From NCBI GenBank assembly GCA_002269645.1, contig NIVC01004082.1, forward strand, positions 1-61,235: DNA of 61,235 nucleotides, read 5' to 3'. This document shows, in pieces, positions 13,001 through 24,700 of the stretch. The stretch comes from Macrostomum lignano. Its lineage: Eukaryota. The position numbers and the translations under genes are program-made. The notes beneath the pieces are model-generated. The model was not told the origin of the DNA. It made no database searches and saw only the letters and a list, made by a program, of their open reading frames with translations. Numbering within the stretch: the stretch's first letter is position 1; each line of letters begins with the position of its first letter.

Positions 13001-16000
13001 CGGTAGCCGCGAACGAAGCATAGCATTGCTTAAAATATTCAGATAAGCGGGGCCGGACACGTATCCGCGATTGTCGTACCAGACCTGCGCTCTTAGGAGC
13101 TCCGAATTGTTAGTAGTTGGCTTTAGTGCATTGAGGGCATCGGAAAACGAAGCAGTAAAGTTGTACACGATCGAGTTTCCAACGTTAATGCCCATAGCAG
13201 TGACCTCAGATTTGCTGACATAGTTCAGCGTTGGATCGGTGTCGTTGACGAACAAAGAGAAACCACCGAATCGGATCTTGAAGTATTTTGATACACTAGA
13301 TTGAATGTAGTTAGTCACATTGTACAGTGTGTAATTTTCAAATATATCCGCACTCAATAGATTCTTGCTAGCTGGGGTGGGCCAATCAACGCACTTTGCA
13401 CTTTCTGGATACTTTTCGTAGGAGCAGCGACAGTTGGAGGTGTCCAAAGGCAGATTGGTAGGCGTTGAGCCCCAAGTTGCAGGAGGATTTGTTGGCGCCA
13501 AACAGGAGAATTTGTCGTTGCCATGCTCAGTTGAGGTGCTGACACAGCGAGTTCCAAGAGAGTCTGTGTTGTAGAAATGCGACTTCAACTTGGCTGCGTC
13601 TTGTAGATTTCCAACACTTGGTGTCAGCGTCTCAACGAATGAGTAAAGCTTCTTCGTTCGCAAAGCGTTCCTGTCCCGTGTGCCTAACATGTACCATGGG
13701 GCCAGCTGCATTGGCGGATTATCCCCATCGGTAGGTCTGATTTGTTGCAAGCCGAGCGAAAGAAGAATGAAGAATATCGGCAGAATAAATTCTGCAACGA
13801 AGCCCATCTTCGAGCGGCGAATAACGGTGAATCGCTTGATCCAGAGCGCCTTCACTTGATGGCGCAAAGGGTGATCAGTATAGCGTAAAGTCGGCGGTTG
13901 AGAGAGCGAAGCCCGGCGGCTGCCACGAGGCATGTCCAGTGGTACAGCGCTTGGAGTGGCGCAACGCGGGCTGTTTTGCTGCTTTGTATCCAGCAAGTCA
14001 TCATCATCAACCAGCGGATTCGAGGCAGCGGCCGCCTCCAGTTGGCGCTCTTTTCGGAAGCTGCTGCGGCTAGAGCGAAGGTTGACGACAGCTGACGCAT
14101 CCTTGTCCACGGTTTCTTCTCGATCAGCTTCAGTAACGTTCAGAAAAATTTCCTCTAGCGAGCAGTCTTCAATGCCGAACGATTCGATCCCGAGTTCGTC
14201 ACGACTATTTTCTAGCTGTTGAAACAAGTTTGAAAAACTTTCACTGGCATTGAACGGCAGCTTCACTGTTACCTCGCTAGTGGTACACTCGCCTAGCTGT
14301 GAGGTGGGTACGTAGCGCTGCACAAATGACAATAGCTTGCTTTGTTCACAACTGGTTACCAATGTCAAAGTGTAGCCATGACCGAATGCCTTCTTTAGGA
14401 ACATTGGAGAGCCGGAGCAAACAAGTCGACCTTTATCGATGATGCAGATTCGGTCGCCAAGGATGTCAGCTTCGTCCATATGGTGAGTAGTGAGCAAGAT
14501 TGTACGACCAGATCGGAACTTGCCAAGCACATCCCAGATGGAGCGCCTGGCGTGGGGGTCCACTCCTGCAGTTGGCTCGTCCAGAATTATTAGCTTTGAG
14601 TCTCCCACAAAGGCCATGGCTACAGACAGCTTGCGTTTCATGCCGCCGGACAGGTTTCTGCTCAACTCGAATCGCTTGTTATCGAGGCCGACGTCCACAA
14701 CAAAACTGTCAATCTGTGAGCCTATCGTACTCTTGTCCAGGCCTTTTAGCATACCATAGAAGTAGATATGATCCTCCACAGTCAGATGGTTGAACAGCAC
14801 GTTATGTTGAGGGCAAAATCCAAGGTGTTTCCGAATTTGATCCATTTGTGTGCGAATGTCGTGTCCATAAATGTAGGCTGTACCCGTCGTGGGCGTGTAC
14901 AAACCAGTCAAGATCGAAACGGTTGTACTTTTACCTAAAGAAAAATGGTTGGTTTCGAAAATTAGGCTGAAATGAGGTTTAAACAGAAAAATGCAGCTAA
15001 TATGATTCTTACCAGCTCCATTGTGCCCCAGGAACGAGGTGACCTGGCCTTCGTAGAAATTGTACGTAACACTGTTGACAGCAATGAAATCCTTAGCATT
15101 TTTGCAGGCACACAAGCCAGGCTTGTATACCTTCGTAAGCGCTCGAAGTGCGGCTCCAACTTTTAGATTTCTAGGCTCTTCCTCAAAGTGCTGCCGATCA
15201 CCTGTCATTTCAACATCTCCCTGGTCAGGCGCCAGCTCAACCTTGCTGCAAGAGCTGCACCAATAAGATTTGGTAAAAGGAAAGTAAAATGGTTTCGGAA
15301 CGCCATACTTTCCTGGAAAAACCTTTTCGATGTACCAAGTTAGAAGCATTAGCAGAAATGCGTCGACCCACAGCATAAAAAGAACACCGCCAAACGTAAA
15401 TGAACTATCCATCAGAGGACTCTTCGCTACGTTATCTGGCTGTATTCCAATATTCGCAAGTTCCCAGAGACCAATGTACTTGCAGCCGAGGCCAAACCCA
15501 ATTTGCGGTATTAGGCAGCTGGCGGCAAGGGCGCCGGCGCCCATGCTTTCGATGAACCGGTCAACAACAGTGTACGGAATGTAGCCGAGAAAAAACAGCA
15601 CACCAGCAAACGCCGACGCGACACTGGAGTTCGAGAAAAAAACCGAGATGAAGAAGGCCTCACAGATAGTGCTGACTACGAAGGATAAAATAAAAAAGAA
15701 CAGTATTATCGGATGGCTGTTCACGATGATTCCGCCAGCTTTAATTATAATAGTCATTAGAATTGTGGCCACCAGCATTACGCATCCAGAAGTGATGAAC
15801 CAGGCTAGCCAGTGTTCCCAGTCGGCCAGCCCCATGATTTTCATCATCTCTTTAAGTCGGCTCTCCTTCTCGTACACCACAGCATTGACGAGCAAGGTGA
15901 CACTGTAAATCCAGGCCAGGGTCATGATCATCGGGATGACGGACTGAATAACCGTCGTAAACTGATCCTGGATGTAGCACGGGCTGGGGAAGAGACGCAA

Positions 16001-18893
16001 GTAGTTTATCTGGCTAGCATTTCCCCCGAGAATTCGGCCGGTAATGCTTTGCTCAAGCAGCTCTTGAATGTGAAGAAAAAACGAAGTAAAATATTTGAAG
16101 TGTTTGGGATAGGTCGAGCGCTGACCCGGTGACCAGGTACTTGCCGTGACGCGAAACCGAAGCGTGCTGTCTACCATACTCGAGACCATGCGCAGACGAT
16201 ATTTCTCAAACGTGGCTCCGCCCAGAGTATCAAACGCTACAGCCGCCATGAAATAAGGCTTACTGTCGTTTTCGTTCTGCTTGAACTCGTCAATCAAGTA
16301 AAGCGAATAGTCATTCATGGCCGTCTCCGTTTGGAAGCCGCGCAACTTGTTAAGCTTAAAGCATGCCGTATAGTAATAAATTCGCCGCATTATGGCGTCA
16401 ATAATTACTTTGGCTGACTGCCAATTTGAATTTTCAGACGATGTAGAAGTACTTTGAGCTAAGAAGTCGGAACCCATCTCGCATAAGTTTCCAGATCCAC
16501 CACCGGTGATGCGGGTACAAATCGTAAAGAATTTCTAAAAAAATATTTTTAAATTTAATTGCTGCATTATTATTCCAAAGATATTCAGAAAAGCTGAGTA
16601 ATTACCCTAAGCTCCTCGGCTTGAGTACCGTTAGCAATGAAATTAGCCATGTGAGCACTCTCGGTGGTGATCCAAGCTTTGGCCAAGTCGGATATTTGGC
16701 CGAGTCTCTCAAACGTAGCATTTAGCTGTAAAATATTTTTTCCAAACTCATATTCAAATGTTATTTTACAGCAACGAATGTACGAGCTAATTGAATTCTC
16801 AATTAAATTAATTGTCGTACCGCTTTTAAGTTGGCTTGAGTTGCGTTGTTATTTGGGTAGTATAGAACATCTCCGAACAGCAGATTTGGGAGCTGGCTCA
16901 TCCCAAGGGGAGATAACAGCATGGACACCTCAGCCATAATGGTCTTCAGAAACTTCTGGTTGTAGCAATCTGGAACGATGGAAATTAAGTGTCTCTTTGA
17001 TCAGGTACAAATTCAGAGTCTGGAAAATTGAAACAGGAAAAAATGGCTTTTCTTTTGACAGACAAGCAGCACTTACACATGGACGGGGGTCGCAGAGTAG
17101 CAAAGATAGGATTCGCAGCGCTGAACACTGTGCTCGCGTTTTTCAGGACATCCTGCACTTTGGAACTGAGCTGGCTAAACATTGAAATTATGGTTGTCTC
17201 TCCCGCGCCGCAAAGCAGCTGACTGACGCTTCTGACTGCTGTGTTAATATCGGACGACAGGCCGCTAGCAACCTTGCTAAGCTGACCAAACGCAGTGTTG
17301 GTCTGCATTAAAGTTGACGCCTGGCTGACGAATGCAGTGAGCACCGGTAGGTCCGTGACATTCATAGGTAAAGTATACTTGTCTGATTCAGTCGATTTCA
17401 CCTGAGTTTTGTTAACAGCGTGAGTCAAGCTAGTCAACTCGATATTAACAGCAGATGCTTTTAATGTATCCCAATCTTACCTGGTTTAGCATTAAGCTGA
17501 CGTTAAACTGGTTCTGCAGATTAGTCTTGAATTGCGTCTGATTGCACAGGTTGGAGATTGTCACCCAGCCGTCGCTGCCGCCAGCGCTGGTGTCATTGCT
17601 GATTCCCGTTGAAAAGTTGCAGATTAGCTGGGCGCTTAATGGAGCCATGGCGGTGCTCAGCAGCGGCAGAAAGCCAGACTCCGTATCGATGTTCAGACGC
17701 TACAAAAATAGAAAATATGATGAAAGCTTTCAGTAAAAATGGTGCAGGCATAATGACGGGTAACTAAGCACAGTCTTACACTAGGAACCATCAGTGCAGT
17801 TCCCAACACAAGAGCCTGCTCAGCGGCCGTCGCAGTAACGTTATCAAACAGAGCACTGGGGTTGTTGAAGAAGCTTGAGAAGTTCAAAGCGGTCGAGCCT
17901 GGAATTATGCAGACATATTAATCGGATGCTTGGAGAACAAATAAAGCATTATTATCAGTAGACAAATACCTGCAGGATCGCTCCAATTTGTGTGTCACAT
18001 CGAGTATCATGCGGTATTTGCTCAGTGCAGGATTTGAGTACAGTTGATTGTACAAAGTGACTGCTTCGTTGACTTGACTAAGCCTGATTGGGGACAAAGC
18101 AAGGGCACGAGTTATATAGTTTATGCTAAAAATAACTTCTGCAATCAGAACAAACGTTCCGATGCATTGCAATTAATAGAGAAATTAGTTAGCCAGCATG
18201 TCACTTTGTCAACGTTCAGAGTTAATAATAGTCTTTGATTAAGCAATCATTACTCGGCATTTTGATTAGTTTTTGGAAAAAGAGGCAGCAAAGTCTTGAT
18301 ATTCAAGTACACTGACTGCTCATACTAGCTCCTATTTAATTTGCAGATAGCATTTGTTGACCTGGAATTAGGCAATAGGTAGGACTAATTAGCTAATTGG
18401 ACTCAGTCCATCATTTGATTGAATATAGCTCGTAGCTAGCTCGTTGCTCAAACTCAGGTAAAGCTTTTTACCTTTATCTAGAATAAACGCCGTCTATGCT
18501 TCAGGAATTGCAATTAGGGCTAAAAAAAAATTGTGCGCAAATAATAGCATGACTGTATACTTGACTGATGAGGAACCTCATTAGCTAAATTTTAAGAATC
18601 CATGTCTGTCGTACATAAAGTTAATCTTAATTAATGAATAACCCCCATGCAGCCTCAAAAGCTTACTCAGTCGAGCTGATAATCGGCTTTTTGGTGTAGC
18701 CCGTGTCCTCCTTCTGGCACACGCCCAGAAAGCAGAACGAGGTGAGCGCAGCTCCAATGCCGTTGCTAGCCAGGGAGGACGGCTTGAACTGGCAGTCGGG
18801 ACTCTTCACCAGGAAGTCTTGCGATTTGCGCACGGCCACCAGAATAAGGAAGAACATCAGGGGTGCCAGGATCTCGGCTAGCGTCTTGCCCTG
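10019..18893 (-). CDS. ABCA: ABC transporter subfamily A (full transporter: ECD1-TMD1-NBD1-ECD2-TMD2-NBD2), multi-exon, first exon not located
   Basis: NBD1: GHNGAGKSTT (after removing intron 14935-15012), [23 protein letters not shown]2: [30 protein letters not shown], then [19 protein letters not shown]. Also [31 protein letters not shown] and an N-terminal [22 protein letters not shown] exon (18667-18893). The last exon 10019-10188 joins in phase to the donor at 10617. Several 5' exon borders (16500-18200) are approximate. Confidence 0.95.
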
Positions 18894-19039
18894 AGTTCGT
18901 ATGCGAGGTTACGCAATTAGTTGTATAAAACACAATGTAATTACGAGTAATATTAATATTTGGAACAGTTCAGGAGGGCAGCGGCAGTCTGGCGCAACGC
19001 TTTCGGTGAAATAGTTCCAGGACTACTGAGCACATGCAA

Positions 19040-19600
19040 GCGCGTCAGTACTGCTACGCAGACACGCACTCCCCGCTCACACAGGGTGTACAGCAGCCAC
19101 TTGACTTTCACAGTGTCGCGACTTTCCTAGTCATTTCTTTAGTTCACCTTCACTTGTCTCTGTTTACTCTGTTTTCTCTCTCTGTCTAGCTCAATCTTGT
19201 TATTCTCATCTCTCTCTCCCTTGCTGCCTTCTGATTGGCTCTCCGTCTCGCCTCTTTCCTCAGTCGCGCACTCCACCCCACCCCTTGTGTTATCTTGTAC
19301 CCCCAAAGTTAATGTTCTATAAATACATCGGTTTGGGCCCTGCGCCCACTTACTGCTTCTTTCAGTCTTACTATTCAATGTAACTTTTATTCAAATTATT
19401 CTTTAGTTTATACTCTTAAATTTTCTTTACACACAGAGCCATGTACACACTCTGTGCCTTGGTGGTTTGCCCTCATAAATGTGAATCGCGCGACAACTAT
19501 CTTGGGCCAATTTTTTGAGCACAAGCCCAAAATAAATGCGCCCGCTCACGGAATCGAACCAGGGGCCGGTCGTGTGGCGCGAGAGATCCCCATATCATAT
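19040..19600 (-). mobile_element. tRNA-derived SINE copy
   Basis: B-box GGTTCGATTCC near 19550-19560 (minus strand). It shares GAGGGCAAACCACCAAGGCACAG and CTCACACAGG(A)GTGTACAGC segments with the copy at 59840-60095. Confidence 0.5.
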
Positions 19601-20889
19601 AATTACTTTCCAATTCTCTTTGCAACAGCAGCAACATCTTACCCATTGGCGTTGTTTTAATTTGAAGTTCTTCCAAAGTAGCAGCAAAAGAGCCATGTCT
19701 GCTAGTGTGAAGCAGAGGCTTGATCTAATAGAAGCTGTCCTCTCACTGAGGCACTAGAGTTCTCAAATAGCGGATTCAATATTTAACCTACGCTGTCATT
19801 TAAAAATAGAGAACAGTGGTGGAGTGCATGGCTGGAACTGCAGGGACTGTTAAAGAGGTGGGCGAGGGGTTGGCCAGAAGCGGTCTGAGGTAGTCGCACT
19901 TTGAGCCAACCCTCAACCCCAGCCCGCTATTCTTCTGCAAAGTCCTCAGCTTTCATTCCGTCCAATTGTGCGTCGACCTTGGCGTTCAGAAGAACTGCAG
20001 TTTTTCAAACCTGTTCGCTTGCTAATCCTCTCCTAGGTGTACTCTCCAACTCTCGACTACATTCCCTTCCGCAAATGCTCAACTACTGAGAGCATAGGCT
20101 CATGGTAAAGTTCTCCCTGGGGTAAGGAAATACTGGCGGTGGGGAAGGTAGACGTTATAGGGGGTAAGACGGGGAGGGACTAAAGCTGGTATGAGCTGGA
20201 ATAGCGCCCTGTTTTGAGCGTATTTCTTCATTTCCATTCGGAAATTTTCATCCCAAGCTATGCGCACCTGACTGTTTAACGACGGAGGCCGATTGGGCAA
20301 TAGCAGCTTTCTAGCAACGCGTATTGGTTGCCATGCAGCAATCCCAAAATCTCTCTTCACATCCCCCACTAAAAATTTCCCCCACTCCTCACGTGCGATG
20401 GTAGCTGGATCAATAAATCTACTCAGTCAGTAAGAACGGATGTAGGGCATAGAGTGCATGCACTGTGATTTATTATAGAAGTTTCAAATCAATGTCATCA
20501 GATGCAATTGGTGACAGTTAATGAGCCTCTATCGAGTAATATTTCCAAAGTTGAATCTCTCTTGGAGCCAAAGAGCAAGTGAAGTGAATTTTGCTTAATA
20601 GAGTGTCAGTTCGTTATTCTGGCTTGCAGTAAGTCTGTCTGCAACAGTGTATTGTTTGGAGAATTAGCGCAAAACAAGTATAAACTGGATTTTGGGAGGG
20701 GTATGACCGATACAAGCGTAGTTGTGCTCCATTTTTTTTCATTGCAGTGCATATTCCATAGCAATGCACAATTTTTCTATAGGGGGGGTCAGAGATTGCT
20801 GCTAGTAACGTTTTTTTCGTTGCTTCTCGTTGTTTCGGGCTTTGCTACTCGCATATTGTATTTTTTACAACGGGACAGAGCCCGATCGG

Positions 20890-21180
20890 ACCATACGGTG
20901 GTCCAGACCGTCCTACTGTACAAACGCTGAGACCTGGACGCTGCAAGCTGCCTTCAAGATCGGTAAGAAGCGAAATTCTAACGCGGCACTTATTATCATG
21001 CACCTTATCAATTAATCAGGCCTGGTGCCTGTTGCGCCGTGTGGGCATCACTAGCTGCCCGTAGTCGCCAGAGGTTAGCGGAAGGGGCGTCAACGCCTCC
21101 CCGCCGCATCCCGGAGCCCAGCTGAGTCAGGTGAGGCATATTGCAGCATTGCAACATTAAGCCCTTCGCACACTTATTAG
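20890..21180 (+). mobile_element. Degraded RTE-like LINE reverse transcriptase C-terminal fragment
   Basis: VVQTVLLY(N)AETWTL reads across one frameshift and matches the RTE-type V..vLLYg.EtWtl motif. Confidence 0.4.
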
Positions 21181-21783
21181 ATACTCGTAATTAATAAACA
21201 ATACAAAGTTTAACAAACACAAATTTATGTCAATCAAAATGATGGAATATATTTCAGTAAATAATTAAGCTACCTTTGCCGCTAATACGTAGAATACACT
21301 GTATATTTAGCATTAAAATTTGTGTAAAGTTGCCACAACCAAATATGCATGGAGCTGAAGTAACAGTCAGCGTATAGTAACAAACTATAGTCAAGCATCA
21401 AGGCTTTTTTTGTGTACTCATAAAAAGTTTTGGTCACCATGAAAAAGACTACAAAAAGGACTTAATAACACCGATTATTATAACAAAACAGTTCAGGACT
21501 TCAAGTAAGTCAACACTGGCAATTGTAATTACACAGCCTAGGGAAAAAAATAGGGGCAATGTAAAGGCTCGATTGAAATAGAATTTGGCGTGAAAACTGA
21601 CTCAAAAGTTGACGCGGACTAAGTATTATTATAAAAGCATATCTAAACTACACTACTTCCGAGTAGTATAATGTATTTACCACCTCTAGTTAGGCATTGA
21701 GACCGAACCCACTATTAAAGTATTTTAAGAACTCTCCTTGTCGTCAAGCCAAGAGTCAAACCAGTCAAGCTACACATGCCGAA

Positions 21784-24700
21784 TCAGTACTGATGCTTCT
21801 CAACGAACAGAGTGTCCTGAGCCGCGGCCCGAGCGAGGCGCCGCCGCCGCCGCCGTATTTGCCCAAAGCAGCCTGGCCATTGGCTCGGGCCCGCTTCAGC
21901 AGCTCGGCCTGGGCCGCTTTCTCGTTGTTGCGCGAGCCGCGCCAGGCTGCCAGAACGGAGGCCTGCAATTATAAGTTGAGTGTAATTGGAGTGTAACTGG
22001 CATGCATGCAGTGTCGCGCTTTGGCCACTGGGCAAATGCTGGGACTCTTGAGGACTGTCAACCCTGAGATGCGGCTGGAACCATGAAGACCAACAACAAT
22101 TTAGTGTAATCTACAGGTTATCTTTCTGTAAGCAAAACTCACCTGCAGAGCCCGACCGAAGCTGAAAGTCAGAGCCCAAGGCTTTCTACCCTGCTGTTTG
22201 TTAATAGCGTCCAGATGGATGGTGGCGTCCTCCTCGCTCTGACCGCCGCTGAGGAAGCAGATGCCAGGCACAGCGGCAGGCACCGCTCTGCTCAGAGCAG
22301 TGACCGTGGCCTCGGCCACCTGCTGCGGCGTGTACTTTGTTGGGCAGGCCTGGCCGCACGTCACCATATTAGGCTTGAGCAGGGTGCCCTCCAGGTAGAC
22401 GTGATGATCAGCCAGAGCTTTATAAGTGAAAGCCAGCACAAGCTCCGTGACCTTCTGCGCCGTGGCCAGATCGTGATCGCCGTCCTGAGATTGGGAAATG
22501 AAGATATGGTAAATTTTGATTGATTGAGTACTAAAAAGTGATTTTCCCGAATCCAATGTTGCACCTCATAATGCACACTTACTTGCAGAACCTCCGGTTC
22601 AACGATTGGCACTAATCCATTCTGCTGACAGATTGAAGCGTATCTAGCCAGCACGTTGGCATTCTCTAGCATAGCCTGATACGAAGGCGTGTACTGGCCA
22701 ATGTTTAGCACGCAGCGCCATTTGGCAAACTGGGCGCCATCTTTTTTATACTGAGCGCAGCGTTCGGCCAGACCGTCCAGTCCCTGTGTGGTGCACTCGC
22801 CTAGCGAACCGGCCAGCGGAACAACTCCCTTGTCAACCTTGATGCCCGGTATGATGCCGTTGCGCTGCAGCAGCTGCGGCAGCGGCGTACCATCGTCCGA
22901 CTTCTGGTAGAAGGTCTCGTGGAACAGGATCACGCCGGAGATGTGGTTAGCCAGCTCCTTATCGCCGGAGAATAGCAACTGCCTGTACAGGCGCCTGTTC
23001 TCTTCAGTATTTTCTACATTGATGCCTTGGAAGCGCTTGCCGCAGGTTCCTTAGAGACGAGTGAAATGTTGAATGAAAAGCATAATTAAAATTTTTTAAT
23101 TGCACAAAACTTGAAGGTCAAATTTTGTTCCCATTCTAGGGAGGGAGGGTTGGAGAATAGAAATGTGTGACAGAAATGGTAACACATAAAAGAGAATGAG
23201 GTTGACGAGGGCTCAGTCTGCGGATCTGAGAGGTAGGCGGCCTAGTTTGAGGAGATCTGAGAGGGTTACTTAGTCTGCGGATCTGAGAGGTAGGCGGCCT
23301 AGTTTGAGGAGATCTGAGAGGGTTACTTAGTCTGCGGATCTGAGAGGTTGGCGGCCTAGTTTGAGGAGATCTGAGAGGGTTACTTAGTCTGCGGATCTGA
23401 GAGAGGGTGGTACTTAGTCTGCGGATCTTAGAGGGTGGCGGCCTAGTTTGAGGAGATCTGAGAGGGGCGGCCTAGTCTGGGGATCTGAGAGGGGGCGGCC
23501 TAGTCTGGGATCTGAGAGGGGGCGGCCTAGTCTGGGGATCTGAGAGGGGGCGGCCTAGTCTGGGGATCTGAGAGGGGGCGGCCTAGTCTGCAGATCTGAG
23601 AGGGGGCGGCCTAGTCTGCAGATCTGAGAGGGGGCGGCCTAGTCTGGGGATCTGAGAGGGGCGGCCTAGTCTGGGGATCTGAGAGGGGGCGGCCTAGTCT
23701 GCAGATCTGAGAGGGGGCGGCCTAGTCTGCGGATCTGAGAGGGTGGCGGCCTAGTCTGGGGATCTGAGAGGGGACGGCCTAGTCTGGGGATCTGAGAGGT
23801 TGGTACTTAGTCTGCAGATCTGAGAGGGGGCGGCCTAGTCTGCAGATCTGAGAGGGGGCGGCCTAGTCTGCGGATCTGAGAGGGTGGCGGCCTAGTCTGG
23901 GGATCTGAGAGGGCACGGCCTAGTCTGGGGATCTGAGAGGTTGGTACTTAGTCTGCAGATCTGAGAGGGGGCGGCCTAGTCTGCAGATCTGAGAGAAAGG
24001 CGGCCTAGTCTGGGGATCTGAGAGGGGGCGGCCTAGTCTGGGGATCTGAGAGGGGGCGGCCTAGTCTGGGGATCTGAGAGGGGACGGCCTAGTCTGGGGA
24101 TCTGAGAGGTTGGTACTTAGTCTGCAGATCTGAGAGGGGGCGGCCTAGTCTGCAGATCTGAGAGGGGGCGGCCTAGTCTGGGGATCTGAGAGGGGGCGGC
24201 CTAGTCTGGGGATCTGAGAGGGGGCGGCCTAGTCTGCAGATCTGAGAGGGGGCGGCCTAGTCTGCGGATCTGAGAGGGTGGCGGCCTAGTCTGGGGATCT
24301 GAGAGGGGACGGCCTAGTCTGGGGATCTGAGAGGTTGGTACTTAGTCTGCAGATCTGAGAGGGGGCGGCCTAGTCTGCAGATCTGAGAGGGGGCGGCCTA
24401 GTCTGCGATCTGAGAGGGGGCGGCCTAGTCTGCAGATCTGAGAGGGGGCGGCCTAGTCTGCGGATCTGAGAGGGGGCGGCCTAGTCTGCGATCTGAGAGG
24501 GGGCGGCCTAGTCTGCGGATCTGAGAGGGGCGGCCTAGTCTGGATCTGAGAGGGGGCGGCCTAGTCTGGATCTGAGAGGGGGCGGCCTAGTCTGCAGATC
24601 TGAGAGGGGGCGGCCTAGTCTGCAGATCTGAGAGGGGGCGGCCTAGTCTGCAGATCTGAGAGGGGCGGCCTAGTCTGGGGATCTGAGAGGGGGCGGCCTA

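Noticed and set aside
11358-16132. Many 60-120-aa plus-strand ORFs over ABCA, and similar shadow ORFs over the transposase, aldolase and CHEK2
   Set aside because: Antisense or alternate-frame shadows of GC-rich coding sequence.
18505-18530. CTGATGAGG hammerhead core start
   Set aside because: No GAAA follows the short stem, so the motif is incomplete.
20100-20369. 89-aa minus-strand ORF as the missing first ABCA exon or a separate gene
   Set aside because: No ABCA N-terminal motif, no convincing splice donor and no recognisable domain.
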